Shown: piece by piece, positions 38,544-48,776 of the stretch
Position numbering within the stretch: position 1 is the first letter of the stretch
Layout: each line of letters opens with the position of its first letter
Virus record (IMG/VR): IMGVR_UViG_3300027852_000033
Location: 1-64,000 of that record
Source of the DNA: a virus
DNA: 64,000 nucleotides
Strand: one strand, 5' to 3'
Position numbers and translations under genes: made by a program
The notes under the pieces: model-generated
What the model was told of the DNA's origin: nothing
The model's database searches: none
What the model saw: the letters and a program-made list of their open reading frames with translations, nothing else

Positions 38544-39659
38544 ATGGCAATAGGAGATTTGTATTATAATCCTACTGGCGAGGCTTTCAGTGGCAAACAG
38601 CCAATGAAAACCGTCGAAAAGCTAAGTTACCTTAACTCTATAGAAGATTGTTATCGATATAGCAGCAATCAAAGAGTTATTGGTACTTATTACCCGGTAC
38701 GTCCTCTCCCAGCTATGGATCTAGACAAAGATGCTGAATGGCCAATAGCTATGCCTGCCGGAACGATAGTATCTATTGTTCCACTAAAAGATGCACAAGG
38801 CTATACTGTAGATGATGCAGTTACTGGAATAAGAATTGGAGGCGATATCTATGTTTCTTTAGGAATAGATGGTGTCGCTCTTGAAAAGAATATCAATGTA
38901 GTTTATCCAAAAGAAACTGCAGGACTTATTACAGTATGTAATGGAAGCGGAGGAAGTGTTAATGATCCGTATAGTGATGCTTCAGGCGAATGGGGATTGT
39001 TAACAGCTAGTGGCGAAATTGCAACTACCGGTGTTAACTATGCAAGGCCTGCTAATATTCCTATAGGAATAGTAAATAGCAGGGTATATGCTGATTTAAG
39101 AATGAGATATCTCAATTATGAGGTAGGACAGGATCCACAGGGTATAGCACTTGGTGGAATTCTTACTTTACCATATGTCGGAATATATGGTTCCGGAGAT
39201 AGAGCTGCAGTTCTAGCGGCTATAAAAGGAGTAGTAGATTCCAAACATCAATATGTTCATGGTGAAAATGCAACTGGTAGTACAGTAGAAGCATATTTTG
39301 GCGTAGACGCTAGATTACAACCGGATGCTAATGGTAAATTCACAAATCATAGTGGTGCTGCAAATTTAGAATTTGCTAGAGTACTCGAAAAACGGAACAG
39401 GGTACCATACGATCTTGATGAAGTAATTGATTCATTCCCTGGTTCAGGTATGCAAGGAATGGATACTGGCGGACTGAGCGCGAGATATTATGACTTCTCA
39501 AAAAAGATACTCGCATTAACCGCTGTAAAAGGCGCTGCATACGCAGCCGTGAAAGACAATCTAAAGAAAACATTATACGAGCCGCTTGTTACTGATACCG
39601 CTAATGTTACCATTATTATGGGACAGGTTGATATTGCTTTCGGTAAGATAAGTTACTAG
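38544..39659 (+). CDS. Capsid decoration/minor head protein
   Basis: Lies between protease and capsid genes; Gly/Ala/Val-rich. Confidence 0.6.
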   Translation: MAIGDLYYNPTGEAFSGKQPMKTVEKLSYLNSIEDCYRYSSNQRVIGTYYPVRPLPAMDLDKDAEWPIAMPAGTIVSIVPLKDAQGYTVDDAVTGIRIGGDIYVSLGIDGVALEKNINVVYPKETAGLITVCNGSGGSVNDPYSDASGEWGLLTASGEIATTGVNYARPANIPIGIVNSRVYADLRMRYLNYEVGQDPQGIALGGILTLPYVGIYGSGDRAAVLAAIKGVVDSKHQYVHGENATGSTVEAYFGVDARLQPDANGKFTNHSGAANLEFARVLEKRNRVPYDLDEVIDSFPGSGMQGMDTGGLSARYYDFSKKILALTAVKGAAYAAVKDNLKKTLYEPLVTDTANVTIIMGQVDIAFGKISY

Positions 39660-39665
39660 GAGGTA

Positions 39666-41078
39666 ATGAATATGTTGAATGAATTACGTCACAGTTCTTT
39701 GGTTCACAGTCTTCAGAACCTCAGTTCTTACAATCTCCGAAAGGAAATAGAAGATAAGTATAATACCTTCACTGATCAAGAATCAGCATATAATAGGATA
39801 GAAGAAGATGCTGAGGATATTTACGAGATAATAAACGCATTTAATACTGGTAAAATTGCGGGGGAAAGTCTAAGTCTAAAAGAAGTCCTTATGACCAAAG
39901 ACTACCCTAAACTATTTTATGCAGCTACCGAAATTCTTATGAAAAGTAGGATAGTTCCTAATAGAATAATTACTGGTAATTTGTTTCAGACTATACCTTA
40001 TACTGGAAACTCCCTTAATGTTACAATTAGGACAATGGGTGGAGTGGAAGTAGAAGAAATAGGTGAAGGCGAGGAGTATCCTGAAACTTCCAGTGCAGTA
40101 TCAGATCAGGCTTTTAGAATTAACCTCTGGATTAAGAAGTATGGTGCAAAAGTGCCGGCTACCAGAGAATTGATAGAGTCTGACAATTGGGGTATATGGG
40201 CATATACTATAGCTCAATTAGCTGATGCTTTACTTAACAAGAAGGAAAAACTTGCAGTAACTATGCTTAATGAATTTGCCGGTTATACACTTATGGATAA
40301 TGCTAATTCTGCAAATGTAGCTCTTGGTTCTACTACCGGTAGAGGAATTGATGGTAATCAAAATGGAGCTCTTGGTGTTGATGACCTTATGAGAATAATG
40401 TCATGGATGCATATGAGAGGTTACAATATAGATACCATTCTTATTAACCCTTTTGCATGGGCAATGTGGGCAAGAGATACTGAAATTAGAGAAGTTGTTA
40501 TGGGTGGAGGTATATCTCATATTCCACAGGGAAACGCCGCACCAGGCTGGGATATGCCTTGGGGTGGATTAGGCCAACCTTATGATAGGTTTGGTGGTAA
40601 TGGTCCTGCTAGTCTTCCCGCAGGGGGCGCTGGCGACCATAATACTTTAGATCCAATCTATGGTAAACTTGGGATAGCACCTTATGCTTTTCCTAACCTT
40701 ACTCCGTTTGGGGCTACTTTTATGACACAGCCAAAACATCTTGATAGACCTATCAAGATATTGGTTACACCTATGGTTCCATACTACAAGATATCTAGTG
40801 GTGGGAAAACTGGGAAATATGCAACCAATATTATTTTTGCAGAATCTGCAAGATGCGGCTTGATATTACAGAAAGAAAACCCAACCATGGAACAATGGAA
40901 CGATATCGAGAAAGAGATAGATTATACCAAGATTAGAGAAAGGTATGGTATGGCTTTACAAGAACAAGGGCGAGCAGTATGCGTAGCCCGAAATATTGTA
41001 GTTGACAGAACTTACACTTTTGATAATGTTAATAGTGTATCTTTAAATCCACTTACCTACGAAACTGATTTAATATAG
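39666..41078 (+). CDS. Major capsid protein (HK97 fold)
   Basis: EEIGEGEEYPE, KKYG....TRELIESD, KIRERYG; followed by a strong terminator. Confidence 0.85.
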   Translation: MNMLNELRHSSLVHSLQNLSSYNLRKEIEDKYNTFTDQESAYNRIEEDAEDIYEIINAFNTGKIAGESLSLKEVLMTKDYPKLFYAATEILMKSRIVPNRIITGNLFQTIPYTGNSLNVTIRTMGGVEVEEIGEGEEYPETSSAVSDQAFRINLWIKKYGAKVPATRELIESDNWGIWAYTIAQLADALLNKKEKLAVTMLNEFAGYTLMDNANSANVALGSTTGRGIDGNQNGALGVDDLMRIMSWMHMRGYNIDTILINPFAWAMWARDTEIREVVMGGGISHIPQGNAAPGWDMPWGGLGQPYDRFGGNGPASLPAGGAGDHNTLDPIYGKLGIAPYAFPNLTPFGATFMTQPKHLDRPIKILVTPMVPYYKISSGGKTGKYATNIIFAESARCGLILQKENPTMEQWNDIEKEIDYTKIRERYGMALQEQGRAVCVARNIVVDRTYTFDNVNSVSLNPLTYETDLI

Positions 41079-41100
41079 AATAGGATAACATAGGTAACTA

Positions 41101-41131
41101 AAAAGCCAGGGATAGTCCCCTGGCTTTTTTT
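41101..41131 (+). terminator. Intrinsic terminator after the capsid gene
   Basis: AAAAGCCAGGG-ATAGTC-CCCTGGCTTTTTTT. Confidence 0.85.
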
Positions 41132-41206
41132 GTGTTATTATCAAATTGTATTATATATATCAATATGATAGAATATAATCACAAATAAAACAGGAAGGAA
41201 AAAACT

Positions 41207-41695
41207 ATGGAAGATACTACTCAAATTGGTGGAGATAGTAATTTTGATACACCCGAAGGGAAAGTAACACTGACAATAGAGGATATTCCTACTTTGTCTA
41301 TAAAATTAGCAGAGGGGAAAGCATATTGGAGGTTAGAAAGCGGGGCGGTTGAGCTTAATTCATTTACAGGAAAAGTTTCGGCACGATTAGATGGTTCTTT
41401 AAGTGAATATGACCGAATGGCCGTTATGTTCGGATTAAATTCTGGCAATATTATTATAGCTAATGAAGTTAAAGACGAAGAACCATCTACTATGGATATA
41501 TCTAATTTATTATCCTCGGTTCATATCAATGCACGTATACTACTTGATGAAAAACACAAAGATAAATTTGTAAAAACACTATCTACAATAAGAAATGAAA
41601 AATTGCTTACGACCTGTGCTGAAGTAGAGATAGCGGAAGGAAAAAGAAAAGCATTTATAAAAGCAATAGATAGCAGACTTAAAGAGTTAGAATAA
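41207..41695 (+). CDS. Hypothetical protein (post-capsid)
   Basis: C-terminal E..GKRK..IKAI..RL helix motif. Confidence 0.65.
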   Translation: MEDTTQIGGDSNFDTPEGKVTLTIEDIPTLSIKLAEGKAYWRLESGAVELNSFTGKVSARLDGSLSEYDRMAVMFGLNSGNIIIANEVKDEEPSTMDISNLLSSVHINARILLDEKHKDKFVKTLSTIRNEKLLTTCAEVEIAEGKRKAFIKAIDSRLKELE

Positions 41696-41921
41696 TTGAA
41701 AAGATATAACCCTTAATGTAGGTCAGGATTGGTAACATAAAAGAACAATTAACAAAATTGGAAAGCGCTAAATGGAATGTAAAGTATGCAATACCGAAAT
41801 GATTATCGATGAATGGGGAGGTTGGGTATGGGTTTGTTACATTTGCGGCTATGTCAGAGGAAAAGCAACTTCAAGAGAAATTGAAAAATACGAGGAAGAA
41901 TTATGGGGAGGAGGTGTTTAA

Positions 41922-42311
41922 ATGGATATACTTAATGAAATGACAAAAGATGAAATTATTATGTGGGTTCGTTCACAAGCTTCCTACATATTTCATCCAC
42001 CGAAAAAAAGTGATGTTTTGTGGATGCGCTACCAAAAGAAAGAAAAAGAGGTTTCTGACAATCGCAAGGAACATATAGAGCGTGGGAAGTCGTTGAATAT
42101 GGTAGAGCGAGACAAACTCGCAAAACAATTTAATACTACAAATGATGCGAATAAACGATTAGAGATTCTGACAAAAATGGTGCCTTATGAGAAGAAGTGG
42201 CAATCATATTTAGACGAAGGTAAAGACATAATGAGGGCAGAAAAAAAGGTTGATAAATTATATGCTCAAATTGAAATTGAGAGGACTAAAGAGAATGAAA
42301 CGGCTGCGTAG
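41922..42311 (+). CDS. Hypothetical coiled-coil protein
   Basis: GGAGG RBS. Confidence 0.65.
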   Translation: MDILNEMTKDEIIMWVRSQASYIFHPPKKSDVLWMRYQKKEKEVSDNRKEHIERGKSLNMVERDKLAKQFNTTNDANKRLEILTKMVPYEKKWQSYLDEGKDIMRAEKKVDKLYAQIEIERTKENETAA

Positions 42312-42477
42312 GTGTAGGCATTGCCAACACGAAATGTTTGTTGACGATTATTATAAATCGTATTTTTGTGATAATTGCGGATGCGAATATGGCGTAATTG
42401 CAGAATGGGACGATAAGTATAATATACAATATCGATGTTCTACTTCAAATCATACTCAGTTTACTGGGGAAGTTTAA
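42295..42477 (+). CDS. Small Zn-ribbon protein
   Basis: MKRLRRCRHC...CDNC. Confidence 0.5.
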   Translation: MKRLRRCRHCQHEMFVDDYYKSYFCDNCGCEYGVIAEWDDKYNIQYRCSTSNHTQFTGEV

Positions 42478-42478
42478 A

Positions 42479-42694
42479 ATGATAACAGCTAAAAAATTAA
42501 GCGAAGTAGAAGAGAAATGGGGCATTGATATTGTTATTAATTTTACTGAACCGCTTCGTAATATTAATGTTACAAAGACCTTTAGTTTTGTTAACCAAAA
42601 CCAAATTGATTCAGAATATGAAACCAGAATAGCAAAAGCAATTACGAATATAGAATACAGAATATTAGAAAATGAGCTACTTAATGATACTTAA
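42479..42694 (+). CDS. Hypothetical protein
   Basis: MITAKK start directly after the previous stop. Confidence 0.5.
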   Translation: MITAKKLSEVEEKWGIDIVINFTEPLRNINVTKTFSFVNQNQIDSEYETRIAKAITNIEYRILENELLNDT

Positions 42695-42842
42695 ATGTTA
42701 GATTAGGTTGAATAATATTTTGAAAAAACTATATGTATGAGTAAAATATAGTACAAAGATATCAAAAATACAGAATTAATAATAGGCAAAAATGATTACA
42801 ATAATTAAACTGAACAAAATATGTCATGAGGGGAGTAAATAA

Positions 42843-44411
42843 TTGGCTAATCGTTTTGTAGATATAGGAACTGGTTCTAATTCAGATACAGGAGAAAACT
42901 TTGATTTGGCCTGGGCAACTACGGAATATGCTTGGGAATCCGGCGCTTTATCCCCTGGCGATTTTGTATTTACAAGGCCTAATCATTTAGAAATTCCAAC
43001 TGATCATATTGCTCCGGTATATGATGGATTAGCTAATCAGTTCATAACAGTGTTAGCTTGGCCAAAACCGGCTTTTTCCATTACTTCAGCGACATGGACA
43101 AATGGAAGCACAACAGTTGATCTTGTATTGCCTGCAACGCTTACAAGAAATGGACATGCTGGTAGAATGATACTGGCCCCAAATGGTTTTATTTATTTCA
43201 TTACTTATATAGTCGATTCAAATACATTTTTAATTGATAGAGCATATTCAGGAAGCACTGTAAGTGGAGTATCCGGAGCAGCAACAATAGCAGCGGATCC
43301 ATATTATAACATGGCACAAGCAATTGACGACTCATCGACTACGATTAAAAAAGCTGATTGGAATGCAAATAATCCTGCAAGGCCTGTCATTAGTTTTAAT
43401 AATGCGGCCTATCGATTGTCTTTTGCTATGGATCAGTATCAGAGGTTGCAAGGATTTGAGATTAAAGATTCAATCGACGTTACCGGAATACTTCAAATGT
43501 TCACAGACGCCCAGGTTATTGTGAAAGGTTGTTTGATAAAGCAATCATCAAGTAATACCTGTTTGGTAAATATTTCAAGGACATCTTCTATAATTGATGA
43601 ATGTATTATTGAAGGAAGCGGTGCTGGAGCTAGCCAGGTTGGTATTACAGCAGGCCGGGGCGCGGCTGGTGGGGGTAATATATTAGTTAGAAATTCAGCT
43701 ATTTATAATTGTGGTAGTTATGGGATCCAGACTTTCCGTCCTTTATACCTAGATAATATGAATATTGGAATTGAACAACCTAATGGGGATGAAGATATTA
43801 GTAATGCATCGCTTATGTTTGGAAAGGATGTGCGTTGTGGAGGAACAAATGGCGGACCTACTATATACTCATTATATGGAGGTAATTTAGCTTATTTTGA
43901 AAACTATCAAAAGATATTAGGAGCTCACAGAACTCTTTTTCTTGGAGGGTATTATCAAAACGTACAGGTTAGTGGTGAAACACCTAACAAAAAACTATCA
44001 GATGAGATTATAAAAATAGTCCCAAATATTTCAGGGTTTGATTATATTCCGGAAATGGCTGTCTATGTATTTGAGGATGAATTGAATGGTGTACCTGCAG
44101 GTACATATGATTTTGGATATTGGATTTATAATGATTCAGGAGTGACTTTAAATGTCGGTGACCCGATGTTAAATATTTGGCTTGAAGTTGAGTTTTTAGG
44201 AGAAGCTGACGGCGCAAACAACTTTGTTACAACTAAAAAATATTCTACCCTGCAGGATATTGACGATGCGGCGGATGCAGATGACTGGGATAAGCTTATA
44301 GTAAGTAGTTGTACAATACCAACAGCAAGCAAGATTGTAGCAAAAATATATTTCAGTAAATACCTAGCAGCAACACATGTTTTTGTTGATACCAAAGAAA
44401 CTGAAAACTAA
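42843..44411 (+). CDS. Fibre/spike-like structural protein with a beta-helix-like middle
   Basis: TTG start after GAGGGGAG; repeated I..C.I..G / N..IYNC pattern. Confidence 0.6.
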   Translation: MANRFVDIGTGSNSDTGENFDLAWATTEYAWESGALSPGDFVFTRPNHLEIPTDHIAPVYDGLANQFITVLAWPKPAFSITSATWTNGSTTVDLVLPATLTRNGHAGRMILAPNGFIYFITYIVDSNTFLIDRAYSGSTVSGVSGAATIAADPYYNMAQAIDDSSTTIKKADWNANNPARPVISFNNAAYRLSFAMDQYQRLQGFEIKDSIDVTGILQMFTDAQVIVKGCLIKQSSSNTCLVNISRTSSIIDECIIEGSGAGASQVGITAGRGAAGGGNILVRNSAIYNCGSYGIQTFRPLYLDNMNIGIEQPNGDEDISNASLMFGKDVRCGGTNGGPTIYSLYGGNLAYFENYQKILGAHRTLFLGGYYQNVQVSGETPNKKLSDEIIKIVPNISGFDYIPEMAVYVFEDELNGVPAGTYDFGYWIYNDSGVTLNVGDPMLNIWLEVEFLGEADGANNFVTTKKYSTLQDIDDAADADDWDKLIVSSCTIPTASKIVAKIYFSKYLAATHVFVDTKETEN

Positions 44412-44438
44412 TGCGAAAGCAATTAGGGAGGAATAAGT

Positions 44439-44930
44439 ATGAATCCAAAAGAAAAAGGAAAATTCCAAGCAAAATGGAAAATAGAAAAGTACAAAAACGA
44501 ACAGGATAAGAAAGATGGCAAACCTTATGAAGTGGTTTGCTGGCCTTTAAACTTACTTTTGAATGAAGGAATAAACGAAATATGGACAATCCTATGTAGT
44601 GCAGGTGGGACAAAATTTGATAATACCAATGCTTATCTTGGAGTAGGTGATTCAAATACGGCGGCTGCTGCAACACAAACCGCATTGCAAGCAGCGGTTA
44701 ACAAACTTTATAAAGGTATGGAGTCGGGATTTCCAACCTATGGTACTGATCAAAAAGCTGTTTGGAAATCTTCTTTTGCAAGCGCTGAAGCTAATTTTGC
44801 ATGGGAAGAGTTTACCGTTGCAAATGGTAATTCAGATGCTAGTATCAATTTAAACAGAAAAGTAGAATCTAAAGGGACTAAGCTGTCAGGGACTGTTTGG
44901 GATTTAACCCTTGAAATCACTCTTGCATAA
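44439..44930 (+). CDS. Virion fibre/collar-type structural protein
   Basis: NLLLNEG...LGVGD...EANFAW.E...LNRKV..GTK. Confidence 0.65.
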   Translation: MNPKEKGKFQAKWKIEKYKNEQDKKDGKPYEVVCWPLNLLLNEGINEIWTILCSAGGTKFDNTNAYLGVGDSNTAAAATQTALQAAVNKLYKGMESGFPTYGTDQKAVWKSSFASAEANFAWEEFTVANGNSDASINLNRKVESKGTKLSGTVWDLTLEITLA

Positions 44931-45011
44931 ATATGTTAGAACAAAAAGGTTTGTCAGTAAATATTTAGCATCAACTAATATTTTTATTGATATACGGGAG
45001 ACTGATAATTA

Positions 45012-45398
45012 ATGGCAATTGTTTGGAGTTATGGGAGAGCAAGAAGAACAGGACCATTTTGGAGAAATGGGCAAGCCAAGTTTTTACGGGAATATGGTAA
45101 TGAACAAATAAACATAACCGATTCCGGAATAGGAACTGATATCATTTCTCTGCTAAACAACTTGAGTATAGTTGATTCCGGAACCGGAACTGATGTTGTC
45201 TCTCTGATAAATAACATGAACATAGCTGATTCCGGAATTGGAACCGATATCGTTTCTCTTCTAAACAATCTGAACATAGCTGATTCTGGGATAGGAACTG
45301 ATATTATTTCTATACAAACCCCTCATTCAACAGTAAATCTTGGTAGATTATTTAATAGAGGAATAAACAGAGGATATATGAGAGGAATAATACATTGA
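45012..45398 (+). CDS. Structural protein with four 18-aa repeats
   Basis: I.DSG.GTD..SL.NN repeated four times (54-bp period, about 45111-45312). Confidence 0.7.
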   Translation: MAIVWSYGRARRTGPFWRNGQAKFLREYGNEQINITDSGIGTDIISLLNNLSIVDSGTGTDVVSLINNMNIADSGIGTDIVSLLNNLNIADSGIGTDIISIQTPHSTVNLGRLFNRGINRGYMRGIIH

Positions 45399-45530
45399 AC
45401 AAGTTTAGAATAACAATATCAGCAAGGAATGAAACATATTTAAAACCTATGTAAAGGAGGAGGTACATTTCTTTACGGAGCTAACGAAGTAATATTTTAT
45501 AGTTGCCGTGGGTTTCTGTGCCTAATATTT

Positions 45531-46082
45531 ATGGCAGAATTAAGAGCATATGGAATTGAAGATATAATATACTTTCCCTTAATAGACTTCGGCGATACCG
45601 ATTTTGAAAAAACACCAGTCTCTTTTGAACTTGGAGATAGCCAAATATCTATAGATGGAATAGCTTTTGAAAACACTGCTAATTTGCCATCATATGTAGG
45701 AAATGGGATGTATGGTGTTATTCTAACAGCAAGCGAACATTCATGTAAAAAGATTATATTAACTATAATTGATCAATCTGGTACTCCATTATGGGAAGAT
45801 CAAGCAGTTTATATAGAAACTGTTGGGCATCTCCTATCTCAACATCCGGGAATCGGGCCAGGTACAGGTACAAGATTTGATTCAATTACACTTAACTTAG
45901 CAAATATGTATACATTGATACAATTTTTAGTAGATATGGAAGAAGGGGATTGGGAACTTAAAGAACCTAATCAGCTTGTATACTATCTAAAAGGATCTGC
46001 AACAATTATAGCACAATGGAATTGTTTTGATATCAATGGGGATCCATCAATAACCAATATAGCAAAGATAGTAAGAATATAA
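45531..46082 (+). CDS. Putative structural protein
   Basis: Context and beta-rich composition. Confidence 0.55.
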   Translation: MAELRAYGIEDIIYFPLIDFGDTDFEKTPVSFELGDSQISIDGIAFENTANLPSYVGNGMYGVILTASEHSCKKIILTIIDQSGTPLWEDQAVYIETVGHLLSQHPGIGPGTGTRFDSITLNLANMYTLIQFLVDMEEGDWELKEPNQLVYYLKGSATIIAQWNCFDINGDPSITNIAKIVRI

Positions 46083-46121
46083 TATTTTATATTAGTATAC
46101 ATTTAATACCGGTTATGATAA

Positions 46122-47456
46122 ATGAAACGAAATTTTGCAGTAGCAGTAGGGTACTCTCATTCCAACCAATTTATGGCAAAGGGATTAAATGGAAGCGCCC
46201 AAGGTGAGCCAGATATGATACATATATTAAATAATATTCCGCATAATAATAGTTCAGGGCACTATCTTGATGATCCTATACTTTTTACCCTTGATCAAAA
46301 TATAGAGTTATCATATTTAACCGATGATTATATAACAATATGGAAAACAAACCAAGACCAAAGCGAATTTTACTCTCAAATATCTATTAATATTGAGTCA
46401 GGAGATTCTCAAAATATAATAAAAATAACACCTGATCCAATTCTATCCAGTGAAGAATATTATATTGTAGTATTAACTGGTGGTGAAAATGGTATAAAAT
46501 CCATTGGCGGTGACATTCTTGATGGAAATTTTGTACTATTTTTTAAATCCGGTGTAACTGTTCGCCCTACAACTGATACTGAAGAACCTATAGAAGGCGT
46601 TGATCTTTTTCTAGATGGGAAAAAAGAAGAGATCTTTACCCTATCTTCTGATGCCTTTTCAGCGGATAGTGCAAATGCTAGGATATCATTAGTTAATACT
46701 ATTCCTGAAGACTATAGTATAGGAGTAAAAAATATAGATAAAGTTATATATATCTATAACGATGATGTATATGATAATGTTCCGGATAATATATTAGTTG
46801 GGAAATATTCTGAACTCCCAGTTGATCCTGATCCATTTGGGGATAGAGCCATACAATCTAGTGGGGTTATAGTATCCGATCATTCCGTGGCATTTTTAGT
46901 ATCAGGAATAGTGGATATTCCAAACCGAGAATATATATTTAAACTTCCTGCTAATAAAATAAGAGGGATAAATAGAGAGGAATACGATAATGTAGATAGA
47001 TATATACGGTTTATGAGTGAATTAACTCCCGTATATGCAACTCCCGATCAGATACTAATTAGGTTAAAAGGGTTTAATCCCGATATGACAATAAGAATAT
47101 CGGAATATGATGTTTATAAACTTATTCATGAAAAATCAATATATGTTTCTACAGAGATAGGAATAACAGTGGATTCCATTAATTTAGCTATGATAAACCG
47201 ATTAGTAGTATGTCTTGTATTAAGAGAGCTTATTGTAACTGGAATGCTACTATCAGGCGGCAATATAAAATCAAGAATGTTGCTAATGAATGAAGTAGTC
47301 TACGAGAATTTTGATATTAAAGATATACTCATGGAACTAGATAATTGTATAAAAGAGAATACACCAGAAGGTAGTTCTTTGTCAACAGTTAAAATTGGAA
47401 TAAAATCCGGTAAGTGGATGAACCGGCAAGGTAAGAACTACAATATATATAGGTAA
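46122..47456 (+). CDS. Ig-like-domain head-completion/neck protein (start may be downstream)
   Basis: I.ITP...L...YY.V.L.G...IKS..G..L...F pattern; position. Confidence 0.55.
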   Translation: MKRNFAVAVGYSHSNQFMAKGLNGSAQGEPDMIHILNNIPHNNSSGHYLDDPILFTLDQNIELSYLTDDYITIWKTNQDQSEFYSQISINIESGDSQNIIKITPDPILSSEEYYIVVLTGGENGIKSIGGDILDGNFVLFFKSGVTVRPTTDTEEPIEGVDLFLDGKKEEIFTLSSDAFSADSANARISLVNTIPEDYSIGVKNIDKVIYIYNDDVYDNVPDNILVGKYSELPVDPDPFGDRAIQSSGVIVSDHSVAFLVSGIVDIPNREYIFKLPANKIRGINREEYDNVDRYIRFMSELTPVYATPDQILIRLKGFNPDMTIRISEYDVYKLIHEKSIYVSTEIGITVDSINLAMINRLVVCLVLRELIVTGMLLSGGNIKSRMLLMNEVVYENFDIKDILMELDNCIKENTPEGSSLSTVKIGIKSGKWMNRQGKNYNIYR

Positions 47457-47462
47457 TATAAT

Positions 47463-47966
47463 ATGCCAACATGGATAGACATGAGAGATGAGGCTGATGC
47501 ACTCATCAATGGAGATGCCCGCACTGTACCACAAGGATATTGGATTGTACTTCGTATGATGAGAGTTGGACAATATTCTGAATATTGGAATTCCGACAGG
47601 CACGAGGCTGTGGGTGGAACTAAGTGGTTATTTGATGATTATATAATCCGGACTATTTCAAATCCTGGCAAAGCGTATGGAGCTATGCCTAAATTAACAG
47701 AAGGATCTAAAACAATAATAACATCCGGAGTAGACGATGTCAATAGTAAAATCTTTGCAATAGAGTGGAATACCGAATTTACTCGGTTAGCTTCCAATGA
47801 AGATATAATATATGAAATACATGAATATGCATCAATAGAACCCCCCGAGCCTCCCTTACATGTAGATGATAGATATAATATATTACATTCTATAAAATCA
47901 CATGGCGACTATGGGCGTACTGAAATGATGTATATTCTAGCAGAAAGAATGCATGGAGAAAGCTAA
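47463..47966 (+). CDS. Neck/head-closure protein
   Basis: Position; G.WIVLR, GG.KWL, GD.GR.E. Confidence 0.5.
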   Translation: MPTWIDMRDEADALINGDARTVPQGYWIVLRMMRVGQYSEYWNSDRHEAVGGTKWLFDDYIIRTISNPGKAYGAMPKLTEGSKTIITSGVDDVNSKIFAIEWNTEFTRLASNEDIIYEIHEYASIEPPEPPLHVDDRYNILHSIKSHGDYGRTEMMYILAERMHGES

Positions 47967-48755
47967 TTGATAATTAACTTACCATACAGTCCTAATTTTG
48001 ATTATACAGAGTGGGCACAATATCGGCAAAATATATATGGCGATTTTGCTAAGTGGATATGGAGAATTCCCGATAATCCAGACTATCAAAGATTACCAGG
48101 TAATACAAATATCTTTGATTTACTAATCTATGTCGGGAAAGTTTTTGATGAATACCTATTACAGATAGCATATACCGGTGAAAACATACTGTATTCCCCT
48201 GCTTATCCCGATATAATATATACCAGTGAAGGATATACTTCACCAAATAATGAGGCAGATATTTCTAATGATAGTCCTCATATTAAAATACCATACAATG
48301 TATCCTACTCGATCACAAAACGCTCTCCAGCTTCGGTAGATGCACCATTTGGAAGAAAGAAGAACTGGAAGTTTAGACAGTGTGGAGAATTTGAAGACGA
48401 AGAAGGGCAAGTATGGCTACTAAGAACCAGATGGTGGGAAAATCTTGTAGAGTTTGTATCAATAGCAAGATCAGGATATGAAGTAGAATTATTGTGTTTA
48501 CTATTTGAACACTTTATGGATATCAACGAAGGAAAGATGTTAGAAGCCGGTGTTGATAAGATGGTACCATTTGGTAGAATGAAGGAACCATCAATAAAAA
48601 TAGAAAACAGTGGTGTCCACCATCGGACCACTTTATTCTGGTTTAGGACTCAAGAGTTCCAATTCGTTGGACCAGTTACTACCATATCTGGTATACAACT
48701 AGACGTTCACAGTAATGAGAGTAATGGCGATGAAGATGAAAATTATTCACTATAG
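47967..48755 (+). CDS. Tail-completion/terminator-like protein
   Basis: Directly upstream of the sheath gene. Confidence 0.5.
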   Translation: MIINLPYSPNFDYTEWAQYRQNIYGDFAKWIWRIPDNPDYQRLPGNTNIFDLLIYVGKVFDEYLLQIAYTGENILYSPAYPDIIYTSEGYTSPNNEADISNDSPHIKIPYNVSYSITKRSPASVDAPFGRKKNWKFRQCGEFEDEEGQVWLLRTRWWENLVEFVSIARSGYEVELLCLLFEHFMDINEGKMLEAGVDKMVPFGRMKEPSIKIENSGVHHRTTLFWFRTQEFQFVGPVTTISGIQLDVHSNESNGDEDENYSL

Positions 48756-48776
48756 ACAATAAGGGGGTATGACAAT

